Part shown: piece by piece, positions 13,159 through 25,713 of the stretch | Layout of the letters: every line of letters begins with the position of its first letter | Position numbering within the stretch: position 1 is the stretch's first letter | The notes under the pieces: generated by a model | Database searches by the model: none | Seen by the model: the letters and a program-made list of their open reading frames with translations, nothing else | What the model was told of the DNA's origin: nothing | Made by a program: the position numbers and the translations under genes | Assembly: GCA_964276515.1 (NCBI GenBank) | Contig: OZ193910.1 | Coordinates: 2,604,001-2,668,000, forward strand | Length of the DNA: 64,000 bases | Reading direction: 5' to 3' | Source: Gordius albopunctatus | Taxonomy: Eukaryota

Positions 13159-13460
13159 ATCAGGGTTATGGAACATAATTTTAAGGGATAGTGTGGAGAC
13201 TGGTGATAGGTTGGTAATAACCCTAGCGTCACCATTTGGTTTTGAGATAAAGAAGGTTGCCGACTTGATGATTTCCTTCATGGTTAGTTCTACCACATTT
13301 GCTTCTACCATAGTCCTGAAGTATTCTGCTCTTACTTTGTAGATTGCTTTCCGTTTCCCTAGTTTTTCTAGGCCTAGCGCACATATTTTCTCCATGTCAA
13401 AGCGAGGCATGAAACCGTTTCTTGTAACTTTTTTGGTTAAGCGCTTCCGTCCTGGTGCTG
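13159..13460 (-). mobile_element. DIRS-like RT N-terminal fragment
   Basis: ATFFISKPNGDARVITNL fits the DIRS RT motif F..K..G..R.I..L. Confidence 0.55.
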
Positions 13461-14759
13461 ATTAGTGTTTCGATCTCGTCTCGGGAGCGATTATGAAAAC
13501 ATCGATCTCATCTCGGTCTAGAAAAATCTCGATCTCGTCTCGACTTTAAAAAAATATATACGAAATAAAAATTTCTCCTGTTTTATTAAAAATATTAAAT
13601 AAGTGTTAAAAAATCTAAATGGCCAACTTTTATATTTTTTAAAAAGCTTTAATGCACAAACTTTTAAAGATTTAGCGGGACACGACATCTCATTGGCAAT
13701 ATTAAGATATGAATTAATTCATAAAGATAACATTTTCCATGGAAAGGCAGACTGAAAAAACTATAAATAAATTTAAAGTATAGAAAATTAAATTTTATTG
13801 TTCTAGCAAATTATAACATTTGTATCAAATTACTGTGTTTGTCAACTAAAATTTGACTTAAAAAATTATAAGTTCGCTTATAGTTTACTTAGTTGCATAA
13901 TTGAGCAAATTGAGATCCTTCTTTTAATCAAAGTGCACGTATTTAATTTTATGACAAAAATCATTAAAATCAAATTTATATTCTAATTAATTACCCTCCA
14001 ATTAGTGGCCTTGAATAATACTCCGTTGCACGCCCAACGCCTGCCAGCGCCTCCGAATTCCCGAGGCAATCAAGATTAGTTGAGATGCCAGAGAAGAGAC
14101 CTTGTGGAGATTTCGTTATGCGGTTCACCACCCCACAAGACGCTGGTCAAACTTCATGCAAACCAGCCTCCTAGGATTTAGATCAATTGGCGGCCAACTT
14201 AAGTTGCTTGGGCGCGGGTGGAGATGAAGGACCAATATAGGGAGCAATTCCTCAAATCAACGCCCAGACACCACTCCGAGATTCACCCAATTCTAATTGT
14301 CAAGATTCTACATGTTCTTCCTCTTCAAGTTCTGATCCATCCCATTCCAATTTCTCTTGTAGGAAGATGAAATTTCTGACCTGGTCCCAGCCGATCCACT
14401 CCTGATTGTGGCTGAGGATGTAGTAGAAGAAATCGCCTCCGAACCCGCATCTACCCCGAACTAGCTTTCCAAGAGCCACCAGCTCTCTGTTACGATGTTG
14501 CTTGCCTCCAAGACCCCATATCGCCTCTTAAAGTGTCCGACTTTAGCCGGGATCAGGATCATGGGGAATTAAAGAATCTCTCTTCGGATAAACTACTCAA
14601 TTATGGCACCTTTACCGACCTGACTCACGCTAAAAAAGAGTGTGCACCTCTAATGACTGATGATCTCTCCGCTACAACCGCCCAAAGTCCATTTCAAAGA
14701 AGTTACTCTCACCAACCAAAATCGGACCCTTCACCGCAAGGAAAAGGCTTCAGAAATGA

Positions 14760-15005
14760 ACCTTATTGACGACACCCTATCAATATACTATAAAATACAA
14801 AAATGGCAAAGAAAATACACAAGCTAATATGTTATCTAGACTTCCGATACAATCTAAAGAAACACTAGAACAAGGGGAAGGTGAAGATATATACACTATT
14901 TATGAAGAACCATTTCAACATCTTCCCATTACATCCGCCGACATAGAGCGTCATACCCGTAAAGATACTATCCTGGGAGAAGTCTATAACATATTACACC
15001 GAACA
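14760..15005 (+). mobile_element. Gypsy RNase H C-terminal fragment
   Basis: YQYTIKYKNGKENTQANMLSRLP...IERHTRKDTILGEV. Confidence 0.75.
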
Positions 15006-15167
15006 GCTAGCACTCATTGTGCTAAACTAACATATTAAACAGCTAGTGTTCGTGCTCGAGCAAAGCACATAGTTAGCATTGCTAACGCGAGCAATTTAAC
15101 AACTCTAAAAAATTGGCATAAGTAACAAATTGCCAACAATTTTAATAAACATGCTTGAAGTTTTTTA

Positions 15168-16299
15168 ATGAAGGCTAATAGACTTTTAATCAATGCTGAA
15201 GATGCGTGGAGGTATCTAAATGGAGCCTTTTGCCTCTATAAGTCGCCTAATCTTTCAAGCAATGCGACAATAAAATCTATTAAGTTGAAACTTGTAAATG
15301 GTAGCCTAAGATTATTTTAATAATTAATTATTTAGATTTGAATAAGTTGCATGCCCGACCAATAAAACATATTAATGTTGGCGAACAAATTATTCCTGAC
15401 TATTCAGATCATACTTTAAGTATGTTCAATTAACTAGACATTTTTTAGAGATTAAATAAGGCATTGGTCCCAGATATGAAATTGAAGAAATGTCAATTTC
15501 TCCCTTGTTTGGAACATCAAGTTTTATGTCAGGTGTATGTTTATTTTCAATTAACTCTGGTCAAGGCTTACTACAAGATTTCAAAAAATCAAGAGAGATA
15601 AATGTATATGTAGTATTACATTTATAATTTCCTTATTTATTAGGTCTATCATTGTTCTGGGAAATTTGGAAAGGCTACATCTGATCACACATCTTTGGGG
15701 AAGGCAGTATTGAGAACAAAATATGGTAATTATTTTAGGGATGCTAAAATTTTTTTAAATAGATCATATAAATTCTTCTAAGTTTGAGAGGGTGCTGTCA
15801 GTCATTCAGGCCATGAATCAAAAGGAACTTGTGAATTATTTGGGAGTGGACATTAGAACTCAAAAAGCATATGACCTTGCTAGCCAAGACTTAATAAGAC
15901 CTACAGAACTATCACCTCCTATAATAACCAATCTCAAACTTATAGAATATAATAGACCAAATTTTACTTTAGGTAAATTTTTTTAAGCCATATAATAGTT
16001 GTTTAGAAATATCGTGTGTCAATGAGACACCACCATACATATGTCTGCTGATACATGATTTAGCCCTAAAATTAAAATCATCAGCACATTGTACAAAACT
16101 AAGGAGGATTCAACTTGGTCCATTTAATGTAGCCAACTCGTTATCATACCCAGAATGGAATTTACAAAATGTTATAAATAATATATCACAATGTCAACAA
16201 AGTTTAAATCAGGCAATTTTAGAAGGCAAACTTAGGAAGGATGCAGTATATTTGCCAAATGGTAATTCACTAAGTATGGTCAACACAATAGCTAGCTGA
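15168..16299 (+). CDS. TRUB2: Mitochondrial pseudouridine synthase TRUB2
   Basis: Exons 15168-15300, 15336-15419, 15461-15603, 15644-15725, 15763-15972 and 16007-16299, with GT-AG introns of 34-41 nt. Motifs LNGAFCLYKS, IGPRY, GKFGKATSDH, QKAYDLASQDLIRP, PNFTLEISCVNE and LIHDLALKLKSSAHCTKLRRIQLGPF. Confidence 0.9.
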
Positions 16300-18545
16300 A
16301 GTTAAGAACAATTAAAAGTGTTAAAAATTTGAGTGTGCTATTGTATTACATTACATTATTTATTGTTTACAATTTTTTTTATACAAAAAAATGTGTTTAA
16401 ATCATTTTTAGAAGTAATATAAGTTGGTATTGATACTACAAATATTTATAAGAAAATGTACTTTAAGGAAGGGGGAGGTTAATTTTACTCAATTGGTATG
16501 TGCATTTAACTTTAGTAATTATTGACCCTTTTGACAACGAGATAATAATTAGCATACGCTAACAAATTGATGTAAACTATTTAAGTAATTTTAAATTTGG
16601 CTAAGTTCACACATATATGAATTTAAGGGTTAGAATTTTTGGTAAAAGGATTGAGAGTTTCCATCCCCCAAAATTGATAAAGAAATTCTCAAGGGTTTGT
16701 CCCGAACCGGGTAAAACCGGATGTTCTACAGAACCCAAACCCATTTTTAAAAATACCCTTAAATCCCTGATCCGATGAATACAAAAAAGGGTTCGGGTTT
16801 TTAATTTAAAAATATATTGTGAATTGAATATCTCAGTTTTCTCTATCATGACAATGTAACGAAAAGCATACGATTTTAATTTCAATATTTCTATGTTTCC
16901 GCCATTTTTCATTCATTAATCAATACTAATTATCTCAAGAATTATTTATAAGTATTATATATATAATTGATATATAATTAGTTATTGTATGGTTTTTAAT
17001 TATAATAACAGTTTTCAAAAAGTTAATAATAACTATAAAAATGTGTAAATATTAAATTAAATCTACATATATGGTATGCCTTTTATTATTTATATTTCTA
17101 TTGCTTTTAAATCCAAAAATAAATGAGAACATTAAAAATTCAATAAATACATATGCTCAATGAGATGAAATAATTGGCATGTGAATTTAATTAGGTGCTA
17201 TTTAAAAATTAAGTTAACTATTCAATAATTTTTTGAAGGTAAAAATGTATTATTAGTATAATATAATTTCTTGAACCCGAACACGAACCCAATTTTATTT
17301 TCGGCGGGTTCAAACCCCTGGAAATTCCAGGCTGATGGACTTTTAAATATTTTTGGTTTTAGTACATGAAAATAGTTGTACCACTCATTTAAAAACCACT
17401 GATTATCATATATTTGCGACGCGTTAATTAGAATTCTAATGTACGCAATAAACTATTATGATAGCTCTAGTTAAAAAGACGACAGGTATTTCTAATAACA
17501 CACTCGTGGAAATCTTATTAAGAATTGTAAACTCCTTAATATAAAGCGATAAAAAAATTTTAAACAAAAAAATATTAGTTACTAAACATGTATCGACATT
17601 TATTGAAGCGCATTTAAACTATTTCGACACAAATTATAAAAAATTTATTTAGACAAATATCATGTTTATCACGAATCTCGTAAATGATGTGGAACGTCAA
17701 TTAAATCCTTATAATTTTTCCTCCAGTGGTTATGGTTTGGCCACAATTTTCTGCCGCCTGCTCTACAAATTCAACCTTAAATGGACGAAACATTTATGGG
17801 ATATAAAAATGAAAACGCGCACATTATTTGATGAAAAGCTTAGATAAAATTTTTTTATCGGTTAAAAGATCTTTATCAATGCGATATAAAACTAGGTAGT
17901 TATCTAATTAAATGGCGAAAAGCGGGACAAAAGTCTAAAATTGTGAAGTTTCTAAAATGTGTTCAAAAATGCTTTATACACTTTTCGATGAGTTGCCCTG
18001 GAGCATTTATTTTTGCCCTTTAAAGTACATAGTATTAAGTTTTAAAAAGTATTATATATTTTTAAAAAATCAATAAGCGAGTATATAATGAGAAATATTA
18101 TTTTAAATAAAAAAAACCGTTAAGTTTTAATCTTGAAGAAAAGGACTGCCTCCCACCCCCTATTTAAATATATTAAGGCTAAAATTGTACCATTATGCCC
18201 CTTCCTAAATGATTGTTGCCCCCCCTAGATCCAATTCTGGCTACGCCCGTGACTACTAAATCCATAAAGAGGACAGTTTAAAAAATCGTTAATTAAAAAA
18301 TGAGAAGTTACGGATCATTGATATAATTGGGCTTAGTAAGGAGAAAGCAAACAAACTTTTAGTACTGACACGCGATTGAGTCAGCTAACTACCCTAACTA
18401 ATACTTATTTTCTTCCAAGTTACGAGTTCCAATATCAATGTCACTATACAGTTTATCAAAGTAGCCTCATTATGGCTACAATTCTGTAAGTTAATTTAAA
18501 ATAACTTAACGATTAAAACTAAAACATGTCCGTCCTTTAATAAAC

Positions 18546-21500
18546 TTATAAAATCTGAATTATGCGAGTTACTGGCAAAAAACTAGTTTCTCTTTTATTC
18601 TCTAACATTGCACTGAATATCGAGGTAAATGAGGTTAAAGAGACCTTAGGTTTGGAGAAAGTGTAGCTGCCATCTTGTTTGGGTTTACCATATCCGTAGC
18701 AAACGACGAACGTTCTACACGTGTGTCCCCAAGCTATTTCCGTTGTTAAGTCTGAATTTGAATTTTCGCAATCTTGCGGGAATGAGGATATGGACAGGAC
18801 TCCTCCCATCCGAGCTGATTGTGTGGGGCAATCTGAACCCGCCTCTAGCACGTTACACAACTAACTTTTATTCGTTTTAAACGATTATTATTAGTTTTGC
18901 TTTTTTTCGTTATATAATTCTTTATTAAATGGTATACAAAAAATTACATACACGACTAAAAAAACTGCTATAAAAACGCGCTATAACTAAACGGATGGCA
19001 TTGATCCGTGTGCATGGATATCGTGTTGGATTTAAAGATTTCCATTGTGATCTTTTGCCTGATAAAAAAGTATTCTTTCAAATCTAAGGAGACGCTGGAG
19101 ATCGCTTTTCCAATTTGTTTCAGGAGAGCGAGAGCTTCAATGCCTAAATTCCCGATTGTGGTTGCCACTACGGGAATAAATATTGTGTCCGCGAGGGAAG
19201 AATATTTTGCTGTCTTCCTATTCTCTGCACTGACTATAAGGTCGGGAGAGCAGTTGGATGGGGCAAATATGTCGACCGGGGTGAAGTCGCAAGTGAGATT
19301 CAGTCCACGGGATCATGGGATGAGTGTGATCCCCCCCTCTCCGTCTGGTCTTTTCCCATCGGTGGTACTAAGGCCGGAGAGTACTTCTTTATCAGGCAAA
19401 AAATCACAATGGAAATCGTCGTTAAATCCAACACGATATCCATGCACACGGATCAATGCCATCCGTTTAGTTATAGCGCGTTTTTATAGCAGTTTTTTTA
19501 GTCGTGTATGTAATTAAAGAATTATATAACAAAAAAAATTTTACTTTTTTAAATAGCTGAAAAGGTGCGGAATAATAGGCGATAATCATGCATAGGCATA
19601 GCCGGGGGGGGGGGTAGAGGCGTCTGCCCCCTCTAAATCCAAAGATTTGTTGAAATTTATTAAAATTTCAAAAAATGATCATTTTTCCGATCCCTAAATC
19701 TTTGGGCTGCCCCCCCCCGCCTTGGGTACGCCTATTTTAGCTAGAACACTTTATTTGTGGTATTTGATTAAACCCAGAATCTAAAATATTAGTTGAGGTA
19801 AACGGGATGGCATATGATTATATAACTTGCTTTTATTTCAGAATACAACAAAATTTCAAGTGTGGGGGAAAGGGAGTGTTACCTAGGAATTGTTGCAAAG
19901 ATTTAGTGACGCCTTCGCAAGGATTTTGTGTCGATCTGATATGGTCAGATGTCGTTTTCGCCATCAATACCTTAATCAATTGCTCCCCGCAACCTACATT
20001 AATAAAACCAAAGACTTATCCTAATTTTGAATCTTACAAATTAGAATCTACTAAACGATCACGCAAAAGCTATATATACATATAAGTTTTTTCAGTATGA
20101 TAGGTAAAAAATAGAGATGTATTTTGAAATGTCAAGAATCGTAATGGGGTAAGATAAAAGATGAGTTGTGCCTGAGGTAGATACGGCGGTGCTTATATTT
20201 TGATTCAGAGTAGAACCATTCTCGGCCCAGCACCCACACCCATACATCGCAGCCTGTTTGTATAATAATGAACATGTGAGCTTTCTAAAAAATATTCATA
20301 GCGGCTTACTAGGTTGTACATAAACGATTCGCCACACATTATTTTGGGGCAAAGTTCACACTCAAAAATTCATTGTTTTAAAAAGGTTGTTTGGTAAAAC
20401 GGAGAAATAATCTCTCCAAATTGTATATTTGCTGTACTAAACTCGACAATAATAGCATTTATCTAAAAAATTAATTTTTTTAATGTGCTCGAAATAAACT
20501 TTCATGTTCGAAATAATCCTTTAAATAAAATAATTTGAAATTATGTGATATCAACGCTATTGTCTAAACCTAAATTACAGCCTCATTTTTTGAACAATAG
20601 TGCCCAATTTTTTCTAACTCACATAAAAATCTGTAATAAAGGCTTTTGAAAACAAAAATTTACACACGAAAAAAATATATATATCGTCAAAAGCTATTTC
20701 CTTAGGTATAAAATTTACCTAAAAGTCCAGAGAAGATAAAATAAAAGAAGCTATTTCCTTAGGTATAAAATTTACCTAAAAGTCCAGAGAAGATAAAATA
20801 AAAGAAGCTATTTCCTTAGGTATAAAATTTACCTAAAAGTCCAGAGAAGATAAAATAAAAGAAGCTATTTCCTTAGGTATAAAATTTACCTAAAAGTCCA
20901 GAGAAGATAAAATAAAAGCCTAATTAAACGGTTAAAAATGTTTAATGATCTCATAATGATTTTCAACGATAAAAAGCATGTGAGAGATTTCTAATACAAA
21001 AAAAGATAACATATAATATTACATGTCCGATTCTACCAGGGGTTTTAAGGATAGAACCACCACTCGATACGGCGGAGTAGAAATTGCCCTTAGCGTCTGA
21101 GCATACTGCCCCAATGGTGCCCAAGCTGAAATAAGGACCTTTGATAAAAATATTATCCACTAATATATTAATGGAAAACCCAAAATCTCAAAAAAAAATA
21201 GTCAGGTCAAAATACTTAATTTTATTAAAACAAAGACTGGTTTCAATAGGTAAATTCTTTAAACTAAATATAAAATATTTAATTTCCAAATTTGGTTTTT
21301 AATGTGAAGGACACCAAGTATTATCTTCTTATATCCAATATTTATTGTAAAACCAAAAAAAATTCAGGAAGTTCTCCGTAAATTATTTCTTTTTTGCCAC
21401 CTTATGCTTCAAAGTTTTTAAGTTTTACTTGGGTTTATAGGATGGGGAGAGTCGTGGCTGTTGTCTGTATGTTCAGGCTGAGATCCAGTTGATTCGAGAT

Positions 21501-23252
21501 ATGCCTAATATTACAAATACACAGCATACACTAAAGGATAAAAATGAATAAAAACACAATAAGTGTCGTTTTTACATCAAGAAAATCAAAAATAATTTTA
21601 AAAAATCGTTTTAAAATATGAAATAGAAGCTGAGCGAAAATAGATAGATTTAATTAGAAAACCTTGGCCAAAAAATATTAGACAAGACTAAAAACATGAG
21701 CTGAGGGGATTCCAATATTATTATGGTACATCTTGCAAAACCAAAATCGACACTTATAAAGGTTGTAAAAAAGTCATAAAAAATAAAATGGAGGGGCAAA
21801 GGGCAATTATCGAAATTTAAGGTTTAACAGCTAGTTTAAATAGAAGAGGGAATATAAAAAATGCAACTCAGAATTAATTTTAAGGAGTATCAAACTTCTT
21901 ACCAAAATATGTAGTGTTATTTTAAAAAAAGCTACTAACATATAGGCTCAAAGGTTTGTGAATTTTTTGGTTTTTAATTTAACTAATAGAAATCAAAGCC
22001 CAAACTAATTTTATCTACAAACGTGCTCAGGGAGCAGCATTACAAAGATACAAATCTAAAATATTTATATGAGGCAATAAAATATTTCAAAAAATTGCTC
22101 CAAAGATCTATGATAAAACTTAAAAGTAGGCTTCAATTGTTATTTTATGATTTAGCGCACATAAGTGAACATTTAAATTTAGGCTTAAAGTAAAATTAAA
22201 TCAACAAATGAATAATTAAATTATTCATATTTAGCTGTTATCATTTCATTATAAACATTATATTTTACATTTATATTTAGTTATATTTAAAAGCAACAAA
22301 TTTGTTAATAATTCACTACTGGATTTCCAAGCTCATCCAATGGAATGATTTGATCACTAGTGTTCCCATTGGTTTGATCTATGGTAGATGGTAATTTTTT
22401 GAGGGCTTTGATATACTCTTTTTTACCATTTTCTGTACGCATAAAATTGTTGATATTTTAAGGTGCAAATAAAGTATGTAAATGAATACACCAGAATATT
22501 TTTATATTTTAAATATTGTAATAAAATAATAAGGTCCAATAGCATTTGTTCATGCCAAAAGGCTAATATTTTTAATATAAAAAATGTTACACAAAAGTTA
22601 TTTATACCAGTAATCATATCAGAAGAATCAACAAACTGTACTCCATGTTCAAAAGCCCATTTTGATGCTTGACTCCCAGCTAAAAAACTGCATATGGTTA
22701 GGTTATTAGACCAAAGTGTAAAACCATGGTTGAACTAGCTGGGTTTTAAGGATGTGTGCTTTGTTTTGTTGGTCCAAAAGTAAATTAGCTACATATATTG
22801 GGTTTATCACATCTATGCAAAAAAATATATAATTTTAAGTAAAAAATATTACCCTGAATACAACCAACAGATGCCCAAACACCTCTTAAGCCACTCATAA
22901 TTGATGCATCAAATTCTAAATCACCTTCTAGGTTTAAATTCGAATTATAACCAGCATTAGTTAGAGGAGAATTCTTGACAATAGTATATATGTATTAATA
23001 TCTATACTTCTAAAATTGATAAAATTTTAGTCAAAACCATATTGCCTTCTTCTCCAGATGATAATAACTCCAACCCCTGTATTTCAATAAAATAAACATA
23101 ATAATTAACTACCTTGAGACATGAATCAGATGCTAATGTTCGATATAAATTATGAAATTGATTATCATGATATCCAGCACCTAAATATTTTCCATAATTA
23201 TATATAAATTATACATACCTAGATGAATCGCTAATGTAATTTTCTTTTTCAT
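18546..23252 (-). CDS. TASP1: Threonine aspartase 1 (Taspase1)-like Ntn-hydrolase
   Basis: Exons 23252-23219, 23180-23113, 23076-23008, 22973-22853, 22812-22725, 22687-22608, 22432-~22320, 21504-21429, 21138-21023, 20253-20172, 19993-19883 and ~18844-18546. Motifs AIHLGAG, SPLTNAGYNSNLNLEG, GTIGAVC...SAVSSGG...PGRIGH, AAMYGCGCWAEN, STSGCGEQLI, MGGVL and IAWGHT. The last exon boundary is uncertain. Confidence 0.88.
18901..19540. mobile_element. CRE-like 3' fragment (minus strand) joined to an inverted copy of its own 3' tail, in the last TASP1 intron
   Basis: 18901-19385 carries DGKRPDG, DFTPVDIFAPS, AENRKTAKY and FIPVVATTIGNLG. 19385-19540 is the reverse complement of ~18905-19070, with A-tails facing outward. 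Confidence 0.75.
20690..20918. repeat. Minisatellite, 57-bp unit x4, in a TASP1 intron
   Basis: Unit aagctatttccttaggtataaaatttacctaaaagtccagagaagataaaataaaag is repeated near-perfectly. Confidence 0.95.
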
Positions 23253-23486
23253 ATCATATAACTAATAGATTTTGGAAATATTAAACAAATTTAATCGAGC
23301 TCAACTATATTTTAAAATATGTGAGAAATTGTAAACAGCTGATTACAGGCCGCGTTGTAAAAGATATTGAAATAAGCTAGACAAATTTCTCCTTTTTTCA
23401 ATATTATATTTTCAAGAAATTTTATGATTCAATACTTATATAGGCACATAATATAATTGAATAGTAATAGTGTAGTCTTGCCATCT

Positions 23487-23900
23487 AAGGGGGCGTTCAT
23501 GATGACGCGCGAAGCGAAAAAAAGAGAAGTGAATTTTTGGGCTAATTTATCAAACTTTTCATTCTTTTTCTTAGTATCTTTATATTCGTCGTAAAATTTA
23601 TCATATATCAATGGTATTTATTGATAAGATCGTAATTATTCTATAAAAATATATAATTGTATAAAAAATACATACATACCAGATTCAGTGCAAAATGATT
23701 TGTTTCTTATTTTCGTTCGCTTTTTGCCGAGGGTGAATATAATGGTCTGCGGTTTCACTATGAACGCCTCCTATTTACAATTGTTATTTTCGTGATATAT
23801 ATGATAAATTTAACGATGATTTTAAAGATATTAAAAAAGAATGAAGATTTTGATATATTAGCCCAAAAATTCACTTCGCTTTTTTTTCGCTTCGCGCATC
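23487..23900. mobile_element. MITE (TIR agggggcgttcat/atgaacgcctcct, ~23488-23774) plus an inverted partial copy (23794-23900) upstream of TASP1
   Basis: 23504-23610 is the imperfect reverse complement of 23794-23900. Confidence 0.55.
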
Positions 23901-23949
23901 TTTAGTCTGAGTTTTCTTGGACTAACGGTACAATTTTGTAATAATCAAC

Positions 23950-24660
23950 ATCCACAAAATTTTCGCCATGTGACTCCTTGTGAGCTAGGTCACCCTTAAC
24001 ATTTATCTATCTTTAAAATGTGTTCAACAAGTGTTTCAACTTTGCGGTACTTAAGGGTTACATTTAAATTTCCAACAACTTATAACCATTTTTTCCCGCC
24101 TCGGGCTTAACCAAAGATTCTTATTGTTCTTTGCAAGCGCGGTTTGTGGTCGATATATAAATCAAAATATTTACCGTAGATATTCACGGCAACGCCTAAA
24201 CTTAATATTACCGCTGAAGCATCTTTTTAATTTGAATAAAGTTTTCTAAAAAATTATTGTGAAAACTATATGATTAAGCCTTACTCCTTTCCAATTATAT
24301 GCAAAAACAGCCCACGTCTAGCTGGGACGCATTCACCGCTCGCCAATGACTAATCGGGTACAACATGTTAAAATAAGCGGTTCTTTAAAATCTTTCTTAC
24401 CACTTCAAAGGCTTTTTGCTCCTTGGTCCACAATATTTATTCAAGTTTTTCCGCCGTCATCAAATATAAAGGGGCCGTTTTCTCGGCGATGTTCCGTGTA
24501 AACATGTTATATTAGTTCACCAATGCAAGAAAGGATAGCGTGTCTTTCTTGCTCTATGGTAGTTGCATTAAGATAGGGATACATTATTTCTACCATTTAA
24601 GGTTTAAGGAAAATCTCATAATCCGCATACAATCTGATACACCCATCGTACACTTAAGTA
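23950..24660 (-). mobile_element. Highly decayed Gypsy RT-connection/RNase H remnant, partly duplicated at ~30490-30860
   Basis: IAEKTAPLY, WTKEQKAFEVV, ASQLDVG and YFDLYIDHKP across frameshifts. Confidence 0.6.
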
Positions 24661-25713
24661 TGTACAGCAAAATATTCAGAATTATATAACTAGTACAAAA
24701 TTAAACAATGTGGCATGTTACAGATTTTATGTAGCGCTTAATAGCATTTCCTAACTAGTAAACCTTTTGTTTCGTTAAAAACAATCTATTTGCCAATCTT
24801 GGGTGCATCCAACAATACGTGCAATCATATTTTTGTTGTGTCATAAATAAGCAAACCCCTAGTTGACCATATGGACTCGTTTAAAAACCATTTAAAATGA
24901 CTTATAAGTAAAAGAAATAAATTTAAATAGTTAAAACTTTATTATAATTCTTAATCCCTTTCCCGATGGATTTCTTTTAGACCTGTAGCAAACAAAAATT
25001 AATAAAATATTTTATACACAATTTTGTTATATAAAATTGGATAAATAGAGAAATCTAATGTTTAAGATTTGCTGAATCTTTATTAAATGGTGTACAATAA
25101 ATTGCATTCGTGACTAAAAGAAAGATATAAAAACTCGCTATAACTAAACGGATGGCATTGATCCGTGTTTGGAAATCGTGTTGGATTTAACGATTTCCAT
25201 TGTGATCTTTTGCCTTATAAAAAAGTACTCTTTTAAATAATTAGACGTTGGAGATCGCTTTTCCAAGATTTCGGTGTGTTTGTCAATCGCAAGTCCTATT
25301 GTGTAAATTTAAAGTGTGCTCTATTCTCTCAATGCATTTGCTGTCAAGTTGGTTGAAAGATTTGATGATCTTCTAAATCATTTAAAAATAAAAGGCGTTT
25401 CCTTATTAAATCAAATTGATTCACTTTTTACCAGCAAAATAATGAGTTGAATTATAATGAAATTATGTTAAGTCCATTAACATCTAAACCTTTGTAAATT
25501 TTTGACACTTTTGTTTGACTGTTTAGGTGGTGACTAAGGAAATATTGAATAATGACCTCACCTTAAAAAGCTTATCTACCTAATATTTTGCTAGTTTATT
25601 TATAGGGCGTGAATCAATTTAGCAAATCTTGCAAGATTATCATTGCAAGTAACGTCACAATTGCTTTGAAGCAAATTTGATTTGAGAAATAATTGCGATT
25701 AAATCTATAAATT

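Noticed and set aside
14030..14750. LINE ORF1/endonuclease or host exon
   Set aside because: GC-richer and probably TE-derived (weak KFLTW and VACLQ hints), but too decayed to classify.
20690..20918. CRISPR-like array
   Set aside because: The units are contiguous with no unique spacers, and the context is a eukaryotic intron.
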